Assembly: GCA_950097015.1 (NCBI GenBank)
Contig: CATNEN010000001.1
Coordinates: 23,126,001-23,190,000 of the forward strand
DNA length: 64,000 bases
Direction: 5' to 3'
DNA from: Macrostomum hystrix
Taxonomy: Eukaryota; Animalia; Platyhelminthes
A program made the position numbers and the translations under genes. Below the pieces are notes generated by a model, which did not search any database, was not told where the DNA came from, and saw only the letters and a program-made list of their open reading frames with translations. Of the stretch, positions 49,022-58,916 are shown in pieces. The stretch's first letter is position 1; the number at the start of each line of letters is the position of its first letter.

Positions 49022-49664
49022 TGTTGTACCTGTGGTAGCGTGGCACACACAATTGGTAAAAATAACCAAGACAGGAGACTGGATTCAGAGAGGAGATTTT
49101 ACCGGCCTCAACACTGGTGCGTCTTAGCAGTAGAACAATCCGGTAGTCAGGCTAGATTACCTTGTTTCCTCGGATTGCTCTAAGTTAGCCTATAATTAAC
49201 TTATCTGACCTTGCTCTGAAACACCCGGTATACTCTGCTTCTAAACGCAGTATACGGTTTGTTTGCCAATAAGATGCAAGAAGAAAGCGAACCGAAGCAA
49301 AGCTGAAGTGTCGCTAAACGGATTGAAGACTGGAGACAAGAAACGTGCATATTCGTACAGAAGTTGTGTTTACCATGGCACTAACACCCTCTCAAGGATT
49401 CGTCGGACTGTGCTCTACTCATAGTAGGAGCATTTGAGCGATGTTATGCCAGTCTTCTTCCGAACTTAAGCGATTGCACCATGGTGTGCAATATGACTCA
49501 GTGCGCAGACAGAGCTGGAAAGAGAGAGACAGCGGAAGGGGGGGTGGCGAGCGGAAGTGACAGTGCACGGGGAACACTAACTACCAACCCTAGCCCTCCC
49601 ACAGACCTAGAACAGCCTGACTCTCAGATTGCCTGGAGGCTGCTCAGCAGTCTACAGCACATCA
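49022..49664 (-). repeat. 3' LTR (PPT agctggaggagaa immediately upstream on the minus strand)
   Basis: Direct repeat of 57405-58050. Confidence 0.97.
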
Positions 49665-49984
49665 TTCTCCTCCAGCTAAAGGATGACGGTCAACACCGGC
49701 TGGCCGTCAGCCGCACTTAAAACAAAACTCAGGTAAGCACCTTTTATTTCCTTGAATCCATCATCAATAAAATTTCACGTTACAATCGACTACAAAGAAT
49801 ACAAAAATCATCCGTACTCGCTAGGATTAACAAACTGAATAAAAACAGTACGAACACATACGAGCAGACAGTACAAAAAGAGAATTACAGGGGTCGATAA
49901 ACAGGGAAAACTCCCTTCCGGGTCACACGACCTCTCTGAATAAAAACACGATAGCGGAGTGTGGCGCACCAACTGTCTCTTTCT

Positions 49985-50926
49985 TCACCTGGGAGCCATA
50001 CGTGCCAATGCCTCCGGCAGCCACCACTCTTCAACAAGCTCCACGACCACCTGGCCGTACCTGGCTCTGATCTGGTATGGCGCTGGAGCTAGGCCGCCCA
50101 CCATTATCTCGGCCCGCGCCGCAGCTTCCTGGGCCATTTCACGTCGGGTGGCCCGATCTTCTGCGGCGAACGCCTGGTGTACTTCTATAGGCCAGCCTTC
50201 TTCCCTCTCCATCCGGGCAGCGCGTGCTAGCGACTCGGCCACCTGCGCAATGGCCATTTCACGTGCTGGCGCTCTGTGGCCCCATTGGGCTCGGCGCTGC
50301 CGGCGTCGCTGGGCACCGCCTCTGCGTCTTCTGGGCCTCGCAGCAGCCCCTTCCAACTCCTCGACGCTGTCGTCCGAGGATGACCTCGACGGTGCAGGAG
50401 GATGGAACACAGGTGGTGCTGCTGGTCCTTCCGGCACGTCTTCATGCTCGCTCTCCTCATCATCTAGCATGCCTTCATCCTCCGATGAGGGCATCCCAAA
50501 TTGCAGTTGGGCCCACAGATCCTCATTAATATCCACCTGCACGTCCAACGACCCGCTGCTGCTAGAACTCAGCCGTGGACGCGCCGCCTGACAGGCTGCG
50601 TCCTGAGCCTCGGCGATCGCCATGCTGGCCTGATCCCTCTTGGCCCTAGGGACCGATTGGGGGGCCTCTGACGCAATTCGCTTCCTCTGTGAACATCGAG
50701 GGAGGGCGGGCATAAGATGCTGATGCCAGTTCGGTGAGCGCTGACCCAAGGGAAAGGGCGCGCTGTTCCCAAACTGACACCTTAAAAGTGCTAGTCGTTT
50801 ACTCACTGTCTCCTGACGCTCCTTCAGGGGGCTCTTGGATGCTTCCTGCACCCGACGTGTGGGAGCCGGCAACTTTGGCCTCGTGACCACTCTTCCTTCC
50901 GGTCCGAGATTTTCATTATTCTCCAT
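49985..50926 (-). CDS. Gypsy ORF3 (313 aa) in the env position, unknown function
   Basis: ATG-initiated uninterrupted ORF between pol and the 3' LTR. No evident signal peptide or TM segment. Confidence 0.65.
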   Translation of the reverse strand: MENNENLGPEGRVVTRPKLPAPTRRVQEASKSPLKERQETVSKRLALLRCQFGNSAPFPLGQRSPNWHQHLMPALPRCSQRKRIASEAPQSVPRAKRDQASMAIAEAQDAACQAARPRLSSSSSGSLDVQVDINEDLWAQLQFGMPSSEDEGMLDDEESEHEDVPEGPAAPPVFHPPAPSRSSSDDSVEELEGAAARPRRRRGGAQRRRQRRAQWGHRAPAREMAIAQVAESLARAARMEREEGWPIEVHQAFAAEDRATRREMAQEAAARAEIMVGGLAPAPYQIRARYGQVVVELVEEWWLPEALARMAPR

Positions 50927-51000
50927 TCCTTTTCCTTTATTTTATTTTATTTTTCTTGTTCTCCAAGGGATCTTCCTCGGCCTGATTCGGAGGATAGGAA

Positions 51001-54000
51001 TCACTGAAACATTTTAGGTATGCGGCGCATCATTCTGATGAAATAGGATTTTCTCCTAGGATCGACCTGCAGCCTTTCCGGCTCTCGCCTAACTCTTTGC
51101 GGCCTTTGCTGCGGCTCCTGATCCCTAGCGTCACCTATCTGAGCAGCCTCACCTACTTCTCTGGCCCTAGCACCTTCTGCAATCTCCCCGTGCATAGAGG
51201 ATGGGATGGGGGGCAGGGTTGGAGAGGGCAACGGACTGTCCGACGGCAGGACAACCACATCACCGCACGCTTCCCCCGCCTCTTCTCCGTTGCAGATCTC
51301 CGTGCCGGCCGGGTCGTGGAGATTCGACCTGGAGACAGCTCGTGGTCGCAGGTGCCACCTTCGAGCGCTCCACAGGCCGATCTCGTCGTCGTCGTCGTCG
51401 TCGTCATCGCTGTCGGTAGGCTCACCGGCCGCGTCAGCTGCTGGAGTGCCACCCTTGGGTGGCCTTCCGAGCTTCCACCGTGCCGGGCTCGCCTCCTCTG
51501 TCCTGTCGCACATTGAGGCCGGTACCGGGAGCAGGTTGCGCCGGTGGACTACCAGCACCTGCTTCCTGGCCTTCCTGGTGTTGCCGTGTCGCCTGATCTT
51601 GTATACCGTCTCGCCCTTGCACTCGAGCACCACGTAGACCGATTGTCTAGGCCGATGGAACTTGCTGATTTCTCCGGATTCGATCACCGGGTTGTTAAGT
51701 AAGACCAGCTGGCCCGGGCGGAGTGGTCTCGCCTGCGGTCTCTCTTGGTAGTGCTCCTCTCGCAGCACCTGATACCTCTCGAGCTTGTCCCGGGCACAAT
51801 TGACCGCCTGGTCTATGCGCTCCTGGAAATGTCGGAGATAATCCGGCAGGTCTGCGTACTCAGCCAGTGCTGTCAACGTGTTGTCGACGGGCAGCCGGTA
51901 CTCCCGTCCGAAGACCAGGAAGTACGGCGTGTACCCGGTCACAGGGTGGACACTGGTGCGCAACGCGATTAAGCACGCGGGCAGCATCAGGTCCCAATCC
52001 CTATGCTCTTTCTCCAACAAACACGTGAGCACTGACTTGATCTGGCGATTCAGATTTTCGACCTGGCCATTGCTAGCCGGGTTATAGGGACACGTGTGCG
52101 TATGACGGATGCCATACAGCTTACAAAAGTCCTCAAACTCTGCACTCATAAAGTTCGTCCCCTGGTCCGTGTGCAACCAGGCTGGTGCACCGTACTCGGG
52201 AATGAACCTATCCAGCAGCAGTTTGATCACGGTTTTAGTCTTCTGGTTTCGCATCGGATAGGCAAACGGGTACTTCGATGTTGCATCACACAGGGTGAGG
52301 ATGTACCGATGTCCTCGGGCACTTGGTTGAGACAAAGGCCCGATTACGTCGGCGTGCACCCTTCCCAAAACCTCACACACTGGAAAGCTCTGCGGTGGGA
52401 CTATCTCCTTCCGCCTTGACTTGCTCTCCAGGCATGTCCTGCAACGTGCCACGTACCCCGTCGCCTCCGACCAGAGACCGGGTCTCCAGAACCTGTCTCT
52501 CACTCTCTGCACCGTCTTGGACTGGCCGAGATGACCCGCCAGGGGTGAGTCATGCAAGGCCTCAAAGACACGCGAGTCTAACGCTTTCGGTAGCACTGGT
52601 CGCGGCGGCCGGTTGTCATCAAAGTCTATGACGAGCAACCCGTCGCGCACCTCCAGCTCCTCAAATGCACCCAGGAGGTCTCTGACCTCTTTCGGCATCT
52701 GGAGTCGCTGATCGAACCTGGGCTTGTCCTTTCCTGACAGCTTCAGTTCCGTCAGGTATCGGATTGCCGGATCTTGGTGCTGAGCTTCTAGCAACTCGAC
52801 CTGGCTAACCGGCACCTTCAGGAACTCTGTCACCACTGCTCTTACCGGAGGCAGCTCTCCATTGTCCTTGTCCTCCTTGTCCTTGGACCCAGGAGCCCTG
52901 GCAGCAGGGGGTGTCCTTGACAGGCGAGACTGGTCGCAACGAGTCTGACAACTCCCCTCCACCTCTGCTCCCTGTCCCACGGAGAGACCAACAGTCGGCA
53001 GGCAGGACTGGCTGCAACGAGCTAACTGCTGATCCTCCTGACCCGAGGACCTTGACACAGCGGGATCAGTCGCTCGCAGGCAGGACTGGCTGCAACGAGC
53101 CAGCGACTTCTCCCCTGTTTCCGAGAACTCCTCAACAGCAGGATTCGGTGTCTGCAGGCAGGACTGGCTGCAACGAGCGGACACTTCCTCCTCTGTCTCC
53201 GGACACACCAGAGGTTCCGGATCTGGCGCCTGCAGGCAGGGCTGGCTGCAACGAGCGGGCACCTTCTCCTTCACCTCTGAGCCTTCCGCCACCACCTGAG
53301 TTTGCACCTGTGCCTTGGCATCACAGCCCCGCACCCAGTGCTCCTCCCTTGTGGCTCCCTGGCTCCAGCTACTCTCCGTAGCTACCGTCTGCACGGCGGC
53401 GTCCACAGTCTGCAGGCAGAACTGGCTGCAACGAGCTGACTGCGGGGCCCCGTTGACAGGTGCTTCCCGCCTCACTGGCTGGCCTGCGGTCGTGTCTTCC
53501 TGACACCCTTGCAGCACCGCCTTATCTTGGCGCACCTCGACAGGCTCCAGGACCGGCTCTTCCACCAGTCCTTCAGACACAGCTGCTTCCCATCCTGGTC
53601 GGCCGTCAACGACATCTTGAGCCTTGGGTTTCACAGCCCGCAGTGGTTCTGCGGCTCCTGTGATTTCACCCTGTTCATTGCCCCTTTCCTGTCCCTCCTC
53701 CAGCTGACTCGAAAATTGGCGGGTGCAAGCACTCACACCGAACTGGTTGTGGGGTGTCACCACCCCAAAAGAACAATTGACCGGGTTATCCGGCTTTCTC
53801 GACATCGAGTCAGCATTTTGGTGAGACTTTCCAGGACGATGAACGATGGTGAAATCAAACTCACTCATTCTCTCAACCCAACGGCCTAAGATGCCTGTCG
53901 CCTCGGTCTGATGCATGAGCCACAGCAGGGCCTTGTGATCGGACCGGACAACAAACTTCTTGCCAACCAGGAAGTACCGGAAATGCCGCATCGCATCTGC

Positions 54001-56235
54001 GACTGCCAGCAATTCTTTGCGGGTCGTAGTGTAGCGGGTCTCCGGCCCTCGCAGCTTCCGGCTGTAGTAGCCAACAGGCCTTTCTACTCCATCGGACTGC
54101 AGCTGATTCAAACAAGCCCCTATGCGGTCATCAGAGGCATCTGTGTCCAGGACGAAAGTCACCTTCGGGTCAGAGGTGTACTCCGGGTACGCCAGTACCT
54201 CCGTTGAGCACAACGCATCCTTCAATCCCTGAAAGGCTCTCTCATGCTCTGTCTTCCACAGACCCTTCAAGCTGGTAACGTCCCGCTTAGTGAGCTCGTG
54301 CAATGGTGCTGCAATCCCTGAGTAATTGCGGACGAACTTCTTGTAGTACTGTGCCAACCCCAAGAAGCTGCGCAATTCTTTGGCGCTTCGAGGTGTCGGC
54401 CAGCCTCTGAGCTCGGCGATCTTATCCTCGTTCGTCAGGATGCCTTCTGGTGTCACCACATGGCCTAAGTAGTGCAGCTCCCTCTTGAACAGGTGGCACT
54501 TCTTCGGCTTCAGCTTGAACTGGGCTTCACGGATTCGAGTCAGCATCATCCTCAGATGCTCCAAATGGTCGTCAAAGGTAGGCGAGTGGACGAGTATATC
54601 ATCGATATACCCCAACGCCACCTTTGGCGTCAGCCCCTCCAGCAGCTTGTTGATGCAGCGCTGAAAAGACCCTGCCGAATCCGTCATGCCCATCGGCAAC
54701 ACAGTAAACTCAAACTGACCTCTGTGGTGAACCGAGAACGCGGTCAGGTGTCTATCCTGCTCTCTCAGCGGGATCTGCCAGAAACCTTGTGCAAGATCGA
54801 GGGCGGAATAGTATTGCGCCCCTCTCAAATGCTCAAAGGTATGCTGTATGTCTGGCAGCGGATAGACGTGCTTCAGGCAGCGGCTATTCAACTCGCGATA
54901 GTCTAGGACAATCCTGATAGTCTTGTCTTTCTTAGGGACAATCAGGAGAGGCGTGTTGTAGCTGGAGAATGTCGGCTTGATGATGCCTTTCGCCAACATC
55001 TCATCCAGCATCTTGTCCAACTGTTCCATCAAGTGAGGCGGGATCCTCCTCGGTGGAATGCGAACTGGAGTGGGATCTGTCACAATGATCTCATGAGTGA
55101 CTAAGTCAGTGACACCATGGTCCAGGGGATGCATTGCGAATGCCTCGCGGCACTCTCTTAACATCTCCTTAACCCGATGCCTCTGCTCCTCGGTCAACCT
55201 CTCACAAATCTCCACCTCCTCTAGCCATGCCTCATCGCTCTCCAGCCCTTCTGCCTGAACCTGCCTGACCGGCGTCTCCTCTAGCTCTGGTAGATATTCG
55301 AGTTCGTCGGCCTTCAGTGGCCTCGCTAGCCCTACAAGACCATTGCGTCGAATGACCGCCGGGAAGCAAGAGGTATTGATGACTTCAACACACCCTGTTC
55401 CGTCAGCCATCGTCAGCAATGTCGGGGCCATCTCGACCTGAGACGCCCCTGGCTTCAGTCCTGACCTCAAGGACTCAACAAGCAGCGGCGTGCCGTGACA
55501 GTCAGTCCGGCCACCCGCTAGCTTCACCGCTACGAGCATCGAAGAGCGCGCTGGCACAGTGGTCTGCTCGAGTGAGTAAACCCGACTGGCCCTCGCCTCT
55601 CGCCTCGTGAACCTCAGCGGCACTCTGGTTCCTGACTTCATGGTCAGCATCCCCTTCGGAAAGTCAATCTTCTGGGTGTGCTGGCGCATGAAATCAATTC
55701 CTAGGATGTTCTCGTGCTCGCCCTTCGTCACGCAGAACTCGACGTCTACAGCGTAGTCGCCGAGCCTGACCTCAAAGGCGACTCGCCCTAAAACCGGCAA
55801 TCGAGAACCATCAAAGTTGCACAGGGCACTCTCTCCCGTCAGCACAGCGTGCGGCACTACATGCCGCAGAGATGCCCACGTCTCACTTCCAATCAGACAG
55901 CGCCTGCTCCCTGAGTCTAGGAGAAAAGGCACCGTCTTCTTGGAAACCATCGCCGTCACATAGGGGTCAGCGTTGGAGGCATACCAACGCTCGAGGAAGC
56001 TGGTGCTAGGAGAGCCCCTACCCTCTCCTCCAGCTGACTCCTCAGTCTCCCTCAGGCCCGTCCAGGAACTGGACTGCGAGGGGCACTGCCGTCCGTGCTC
56101 CTCGCCGTCTCGTTTCCCGACGTCTGAGTGCCTTGGGCCTGCAGCTCGGACTGCTGCCTGGGCTCTTGCCGTTGCTCTCTCGGGTACCCCCGAGTGTGGT
56201 GCTCGTAACGCGGCTTGGGTGGCCTCGTCGGGCAA
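51001..56235 (-). CDS. pol: Gypsy Pol (PR-RT-RH-insert-IN), expressed by -1 frameshift
   Basis: PR motif LLDSGS, RT motif YIDD, RH motif DTDAS, IN HHCC (H..LAGH...CRTC) and DDE core. Confidence 0.97.
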   Translation of the reverse strand: MPDEATQAALRAPHSGVPERATARAQAAVRAAGPRHSDVGKRDGEEHGRQCPSQSSSWTGLRETEESAGGEGRGSPSTSFLERWYASNADPYVTAMVSKKTVPFLLDSGSRRCLIGSETWASLRHVVPHAVLTGESALCNFDGSRLPVLGRVAFEVRLGDYAVDVEFCVTKGEHENILGIDFMRQHTQKIDFPKGMLTMKSGTRVPLRFTRREARASRVYSLEQTTVPARSSMLVAVKLAGGRTDCHGTPLLVESLRSGLKPGASQVEMAPTLLTMADGTGCVEVINTSCFPAVIRRNGLVGLARPLKADELEYLPELEETPVRQVQAEGLESDEAWLEEVEICERLTEEQRHRVKEMLRECREAFAMHPLDHGVTDLVTHEIIVTDPTPVRIPPRRIPPHLMEQLDKMLDEMLAKGIIKPTFSSYNTPLLIVPKKDKTIRIVLDYRELNSRCLKHVYPLPDIQHTFEHLRGAQYYSALDLAQGFWQIPLREQDRHLTAFSVHHRGQFEFTVLPMGMTDSAGSFQRCINKLLEGLTPKVALGYIDDILVHSPTFDDHLEHLRMMLTRIREAQFKLKPKKCHLFKRELHYLGHVVTPEGILTNEDKIAELRGWPTPRSAKELRSFLGLAQYYKKFVRNYSGIAAPLHELTKRDVTSLKGLWKTEHERAFQGLKDALCSTEVLAYPEYTSDPKVTFVLDTDASDDRIGACLNQLQSDGVERPVGYYSRKLRGPETRYTTTRKELLAVADAMRHFRYFLVGKKFVVRSDHKALLWLMHQTEATGILGRWVERMSEFDFTIVHRPGKSHQNADSMSRKPDNPVNCSFGVVTPHNQFGVSACTRQFSSQLEEGQERGNEQGEITGAAEPLRAVKPKAQDVVDGRPGWEAAVSEGLVEEPVLEPVEVRQDKAVLQGCQEDTTAGQPVRREAPVNGAPQSARCSQFCLQTVDAAVQTVATESSWSQGATREEHWVRGCDAKAQVQTQVVAEGSEVKEKVPARCSQPCLQAPDPEPLVCPETEEEVSARCSQSCLQTPNPAVEEFSETGEKSLARCSQSCLRATDPAVSRSSGQEDQQLARCSQSCLPTVGLSVGQGAEVEGSCQTRCDQSRLSRTPPAARAPGSKDKEDKDNGELPPVRAVVTEFLKVPVSQVELLEAQHQDPAIRYLTELKLSGKDKPRFDQRLQMPKEVRDLLGAFEELEVRDGLLVIDFDDNRPPRPVLPKALDSRVFEALHDSPLAGHLGQSKTVQRVRDRFWRPGLWSEATGYVARCRTCLESKSRRKEIVPPQSFPVCEVLGRVHADVIGPLSQPSARGHRYILTLCDATSKYPFAYPMRNQKTKTVIKLLLDRFIPEYGAPAWLHTDQGTNFMSAEFEDFCKLYGIRHTHTCPYNPASNGQVENLNRQIKSVLTCLLEKEHRDWDLMLPACLIALRTSVHPVTGYTPYFLVFGREYRLPVDNTLTALAEYADLPDYLRHFQERIDQAVNCARDKLERYQVLREEHYQERPQARPLRPGQLVLLNNPVIESGEISKFHRPRQSVYVVLECKGETVYKIRRHGNTRKARKQVLVVHRRNLLPVPASMCDRTEEASPARWKLGRPPKGGTPAADAAGEPTDSDDDDDDDDEIGLWSARRWHLRPRAVSRSNLHDPAGTEICNGEEAGEACGDVVVLPSDSPLPSPTLPPIPSSMHGEIAEGARAREVGEAAQIGDARDQEPQQRPQRVRREPERLQVDPRRKSYFIRMMRRIPKMFQ

Positions 56236-57341
56236 TCACGCCTCAGGTGTCCGAACTTCCCGCAACCAAAGCATGCCCCTCTTGGCGGCGCCGGTCCTTC
56301 CTGCTGCACGGCTCCTTGTGGTCGGCTGAGCGCCTGGACCAGCATCTCCTGCATCTTCTGCTGATGCTGCAGCTGCTGACCCTGGACCTCGACCATCTTG
56401 GTCATCAGCGATTCGAGTCCCTTCAGCGCAGCGGTAACACCTTGCGGTGGCGGCCGCGCATTCAGGTCCCCATCCTCGCCGTGTACCATCCGAGCCGGCC
56501 CATCCTTCGCCCTCTGGACTGCCTCGTCGACCACCTCTAGGCGCTTTAGCTCTCGCCTAGCTTCCAGGAGTGTCCTAGGGCGAGTCCGCAGCAGGTGCTT
56601 GCGGTTCTCAACCGAAGTCCGAACTCCCTTAATAAACTGGTCGACCAACTCATAGTCCAAATCTCTTTGGCGAAGGTTGGTATAGGCCTGCTCGCCGAGT
56701 CCCTGCAACGCATCAGCATAGTCATCAAGCGTTTCCGCTTTCTTCTGATAGCGATTGCGGAACTCGTCTCGGTACTCCTCAGGGCTACTCAGCGGCGCGA
56801 ATCGCTCCACAATACGCTCCTTGAACTGGGCATACGTGAGCTCTTCGGGCAGCTTCATCCTGAGGACGGCATTCAGGCACTGTACATCGAGGTGGTCGAG
56901 TAGAAGGGCCTTGCGTGTCTCCGAACTGCGAATCGCAGCCCGGGCGCAATACGCTTCAAACGCGTCCACCCACAGATGCACGTCCTGACCCCGAGAAAAC
57001 TTGGCAATCTTCGCCGTCCTACCTTGTTGTTGTTCCACCTGCTTCTCCATCAGGTTGAGCATCCGGTACACCAGGTCAGCCGTCGCCCTGTCGTCCAGCC
57101 TCGGTCGTCGTCGCCTTGCTGCCGCTGCCGCTGCGCCCCGGTCGTCGTCCTCGCCGCCAGACTGGTCGTCGTCGCCGAAGTCGCTCTCGCCGTCCTCGCC
57201 GTCGCCGACACAGCCGTTGCCGCGGCCGTTCCACCGACTCCTGCCAGCAGCTTCATGCAGCGCACAGCCACCGCGAGACTCCAAGCTCCGGGCTACCTGC
57301 TGCCTATCTTCTCTCTCTGAATCTAATTCCTCTTGGGACAT
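56052..57341 (-). CDS. gag: Gypsy Gag
   Basis: 429-aa ORF with a capsid-like core and a CCHC knuckle, CFGCGKFGHLRRDC. Confidence 0.95.
   Translation of the reverse strand: MSQEELDSEREDRQQVARSLESRGGCALHEAAGRSRWNGRGNGCVGDGEDGESDFGDDDQSGGEDDDRGAAAAAARRRRPRLDDRATADLVYRMLNLMEKQVEQQQGRTAKIAKFSRGQDVHLWVDAFEAYCARAAIRSSETRKALLLDHLDVQCLNAVLRMKLPEELTYAQFKERIVERFAPLSSPEEYRDEFRNRYQKKAETLDDYADALQGLGEQAYTNLRQRDLDYELVDQFIKGVRTSVENRKHLLRTRPRTLLEARRELKRLEVVDEAVQRAKDGPARMVHGEDGDLNARPPPQGVTAALKGLESLMTKMVEVQGQQLQHQQKMQEMLVQALSRPQGAVQQEGPAPPRGACFGCGKFGHLRRDCPTRPPKPRYEHHTRGYPREQRQEPRQQSELQAQGTQTSGNETARSTDGSAPRSPVPGRA
56060..56118 (-). promoter_or_regulatory. -1 programmed ribosomal frameshift signal (G_GGA_AAC plus downstream pseudoknot)
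   Basis: An X_XXY_YYZ heptamer in the gag frame within the gag/pol overlap. Downstream pairings are gcgagg/cctcgc, gcac/gtgc and ggac/gtcc. Confidence 0.8.
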
Positions 57342-57389
57342 GGCGTCCGTTTCCGCAGTGAATGAGTAAAAAGGCTAACTCGAATCACA

Positions 57390-57404
57390 CCGCTCTGCCA
57401 CCAA
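57390..57404 (-). other. Primer binding site TGGTGGCAGAGCGG (probably initiator tRNA-Met)
   Basis: Starts with TGG just inside the 5' LTR and resembles the complement of the iMet 3' end (TGGTAGCAGAG) with one G-U pair. Confidence 0.7.
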
Positions 57405-58050
57405 TGTTGTACCTGTGGTAGCGTGGCACACACAATTGGTAAAAATAACCAAGACAGGAACTAGATTCCGAGAGAGATTTTTTTATACCGGCCTCAACGC
57501 AGATGCTTACTGGCAGAGGAACAATCCGGTAGTCAGGCTAGATTACCTAGTTTCCTCGGATTGCTCTAAGTTAGCCTATAATTAACTTATCTGACCTTGC
57601 TCTGAAACACCCGGTATACTCTGCTTCTAAACGCAGTATACGGTTTGTTTGCCAATAAGATGCAAGAAGAAAGCGAACCGAAGCAAAGCTGAAGTGTCGC
57701 TAAACGGATTGAAGACTGGAGACAAGAAACGTGCATATTCGTACAGAAGTTGTGTTTACCATGGCACTAACACCCTCTCAAGGATTCGTCGGACTGTGCT
57801 CTACTCATAGTAGGAGCATTTGAGCGATGTTATGCCAGTCTTCTTCCGAACTTAAGCGATTGCACCATGGTGTGCAATATGACTCAGTGCGCAGACAGAG
57901 CTGGAAAGAGAGAGACAGCGGAAGGGGGGGTGGCGAGCGGAAGTGACAGTGCACGGGGAACACTAACTACCAACCCTAGCCCTCCCACAGACCTAGAACA
58001 GCCTGACTCTCAGATTGCCTGGAGGCTGCTCAGCAGTCTACAGCACATCA
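57405..58050 (-). repeat. 5' LTR
   Basis: Direct repeat of 49022-49664. Confidence 0.97.
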
Positions 58051-58916
58051 CCTCCTTATGATCCTCACCTACGAAATAAGCCCCGAAAGCCGAGCATTTA
58101 GACTTTGAATGCTTTTCAAATGCTTTTCCGATGCTTTTTCGAATCGGTGGTACGCCAATAGTGGAACGCCAATTTTTCGGATAACTCATTTGGTACGCCG
58201 GAAATCGCCGGCGTACCAGTCACCTTCCGGAGTATGGGCTATGCAGTTAGTTTATTGCAGCCAATGCAAATTGATTTTGTCAACAAGTCACGAATATTGT
58301 AACTGTACTTTCGCATGGGATTGTAATAAAAGAGCATATCGAAGGCCGCGTTCAAATCTTGTGATCTTCGAACCTTAGTGCTAACTGCCGAATCATCTCG
58401 AACTCTTATCGATTGACTTCATTTATTTATTTATATTAAAATCATCAGTAAAACAAATTAATAACAATACAATCGCAATCAATTATAATACAAAGAGTCG
58501 TACATTAAAAATAAGTACCTAAGAATATTACAGGATGAATTTTTAAATCATCTAACACTGACACATGATTTGTTTACTCTGAGCAGCCTGTGCAGTGTCT
58601 TACAATCTGCACCATTAGTGTTATGGTCTAAGTCGTAAGTCGTCCAACTTACGACTTACGACTTTACGACTGTTTCTTACGTGAACTTTGTTTATTTTTC
58701 TATGACTCATAATGTCCGGATAAATGAACTATGTGCGAGGCTCATACGCGGGTGCGCGTTCCGCAGACTATGGATCAAGTCGCCAGTACTTCATAAATTC
58801 ACAGTTGCTCAAATGACCAAGTCGCATGACCAGACTCACATAGGCCCCTGAGCGCGATAAGCGACCATTAAACGCCGCCTAAAGTTTAGGACGAATTTGC
58901 CTCAACTTCCAGTTAA

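Larger units (their letters stand above)
49022..58050 (-). mobile_element. Intact Ty3/Gypsy LTR retrotransposon with 4-bp TSD CCTC
   Basis: Two LTRs bounded by TG...CA. The empty site gatgcctccttatg is visible in copy 1 at ~46567. PBS, PPT, gag, pol and ORF3 are all present. Confidence 0.98.

Noticed and set aside
51097-57369. Numerous plus-strand ORFs antisense to gag/pol and to the R2 ORFs
   Set aside because: Expected shadow ORFs of GC-rich coding sequence, with no recognisable motifs.
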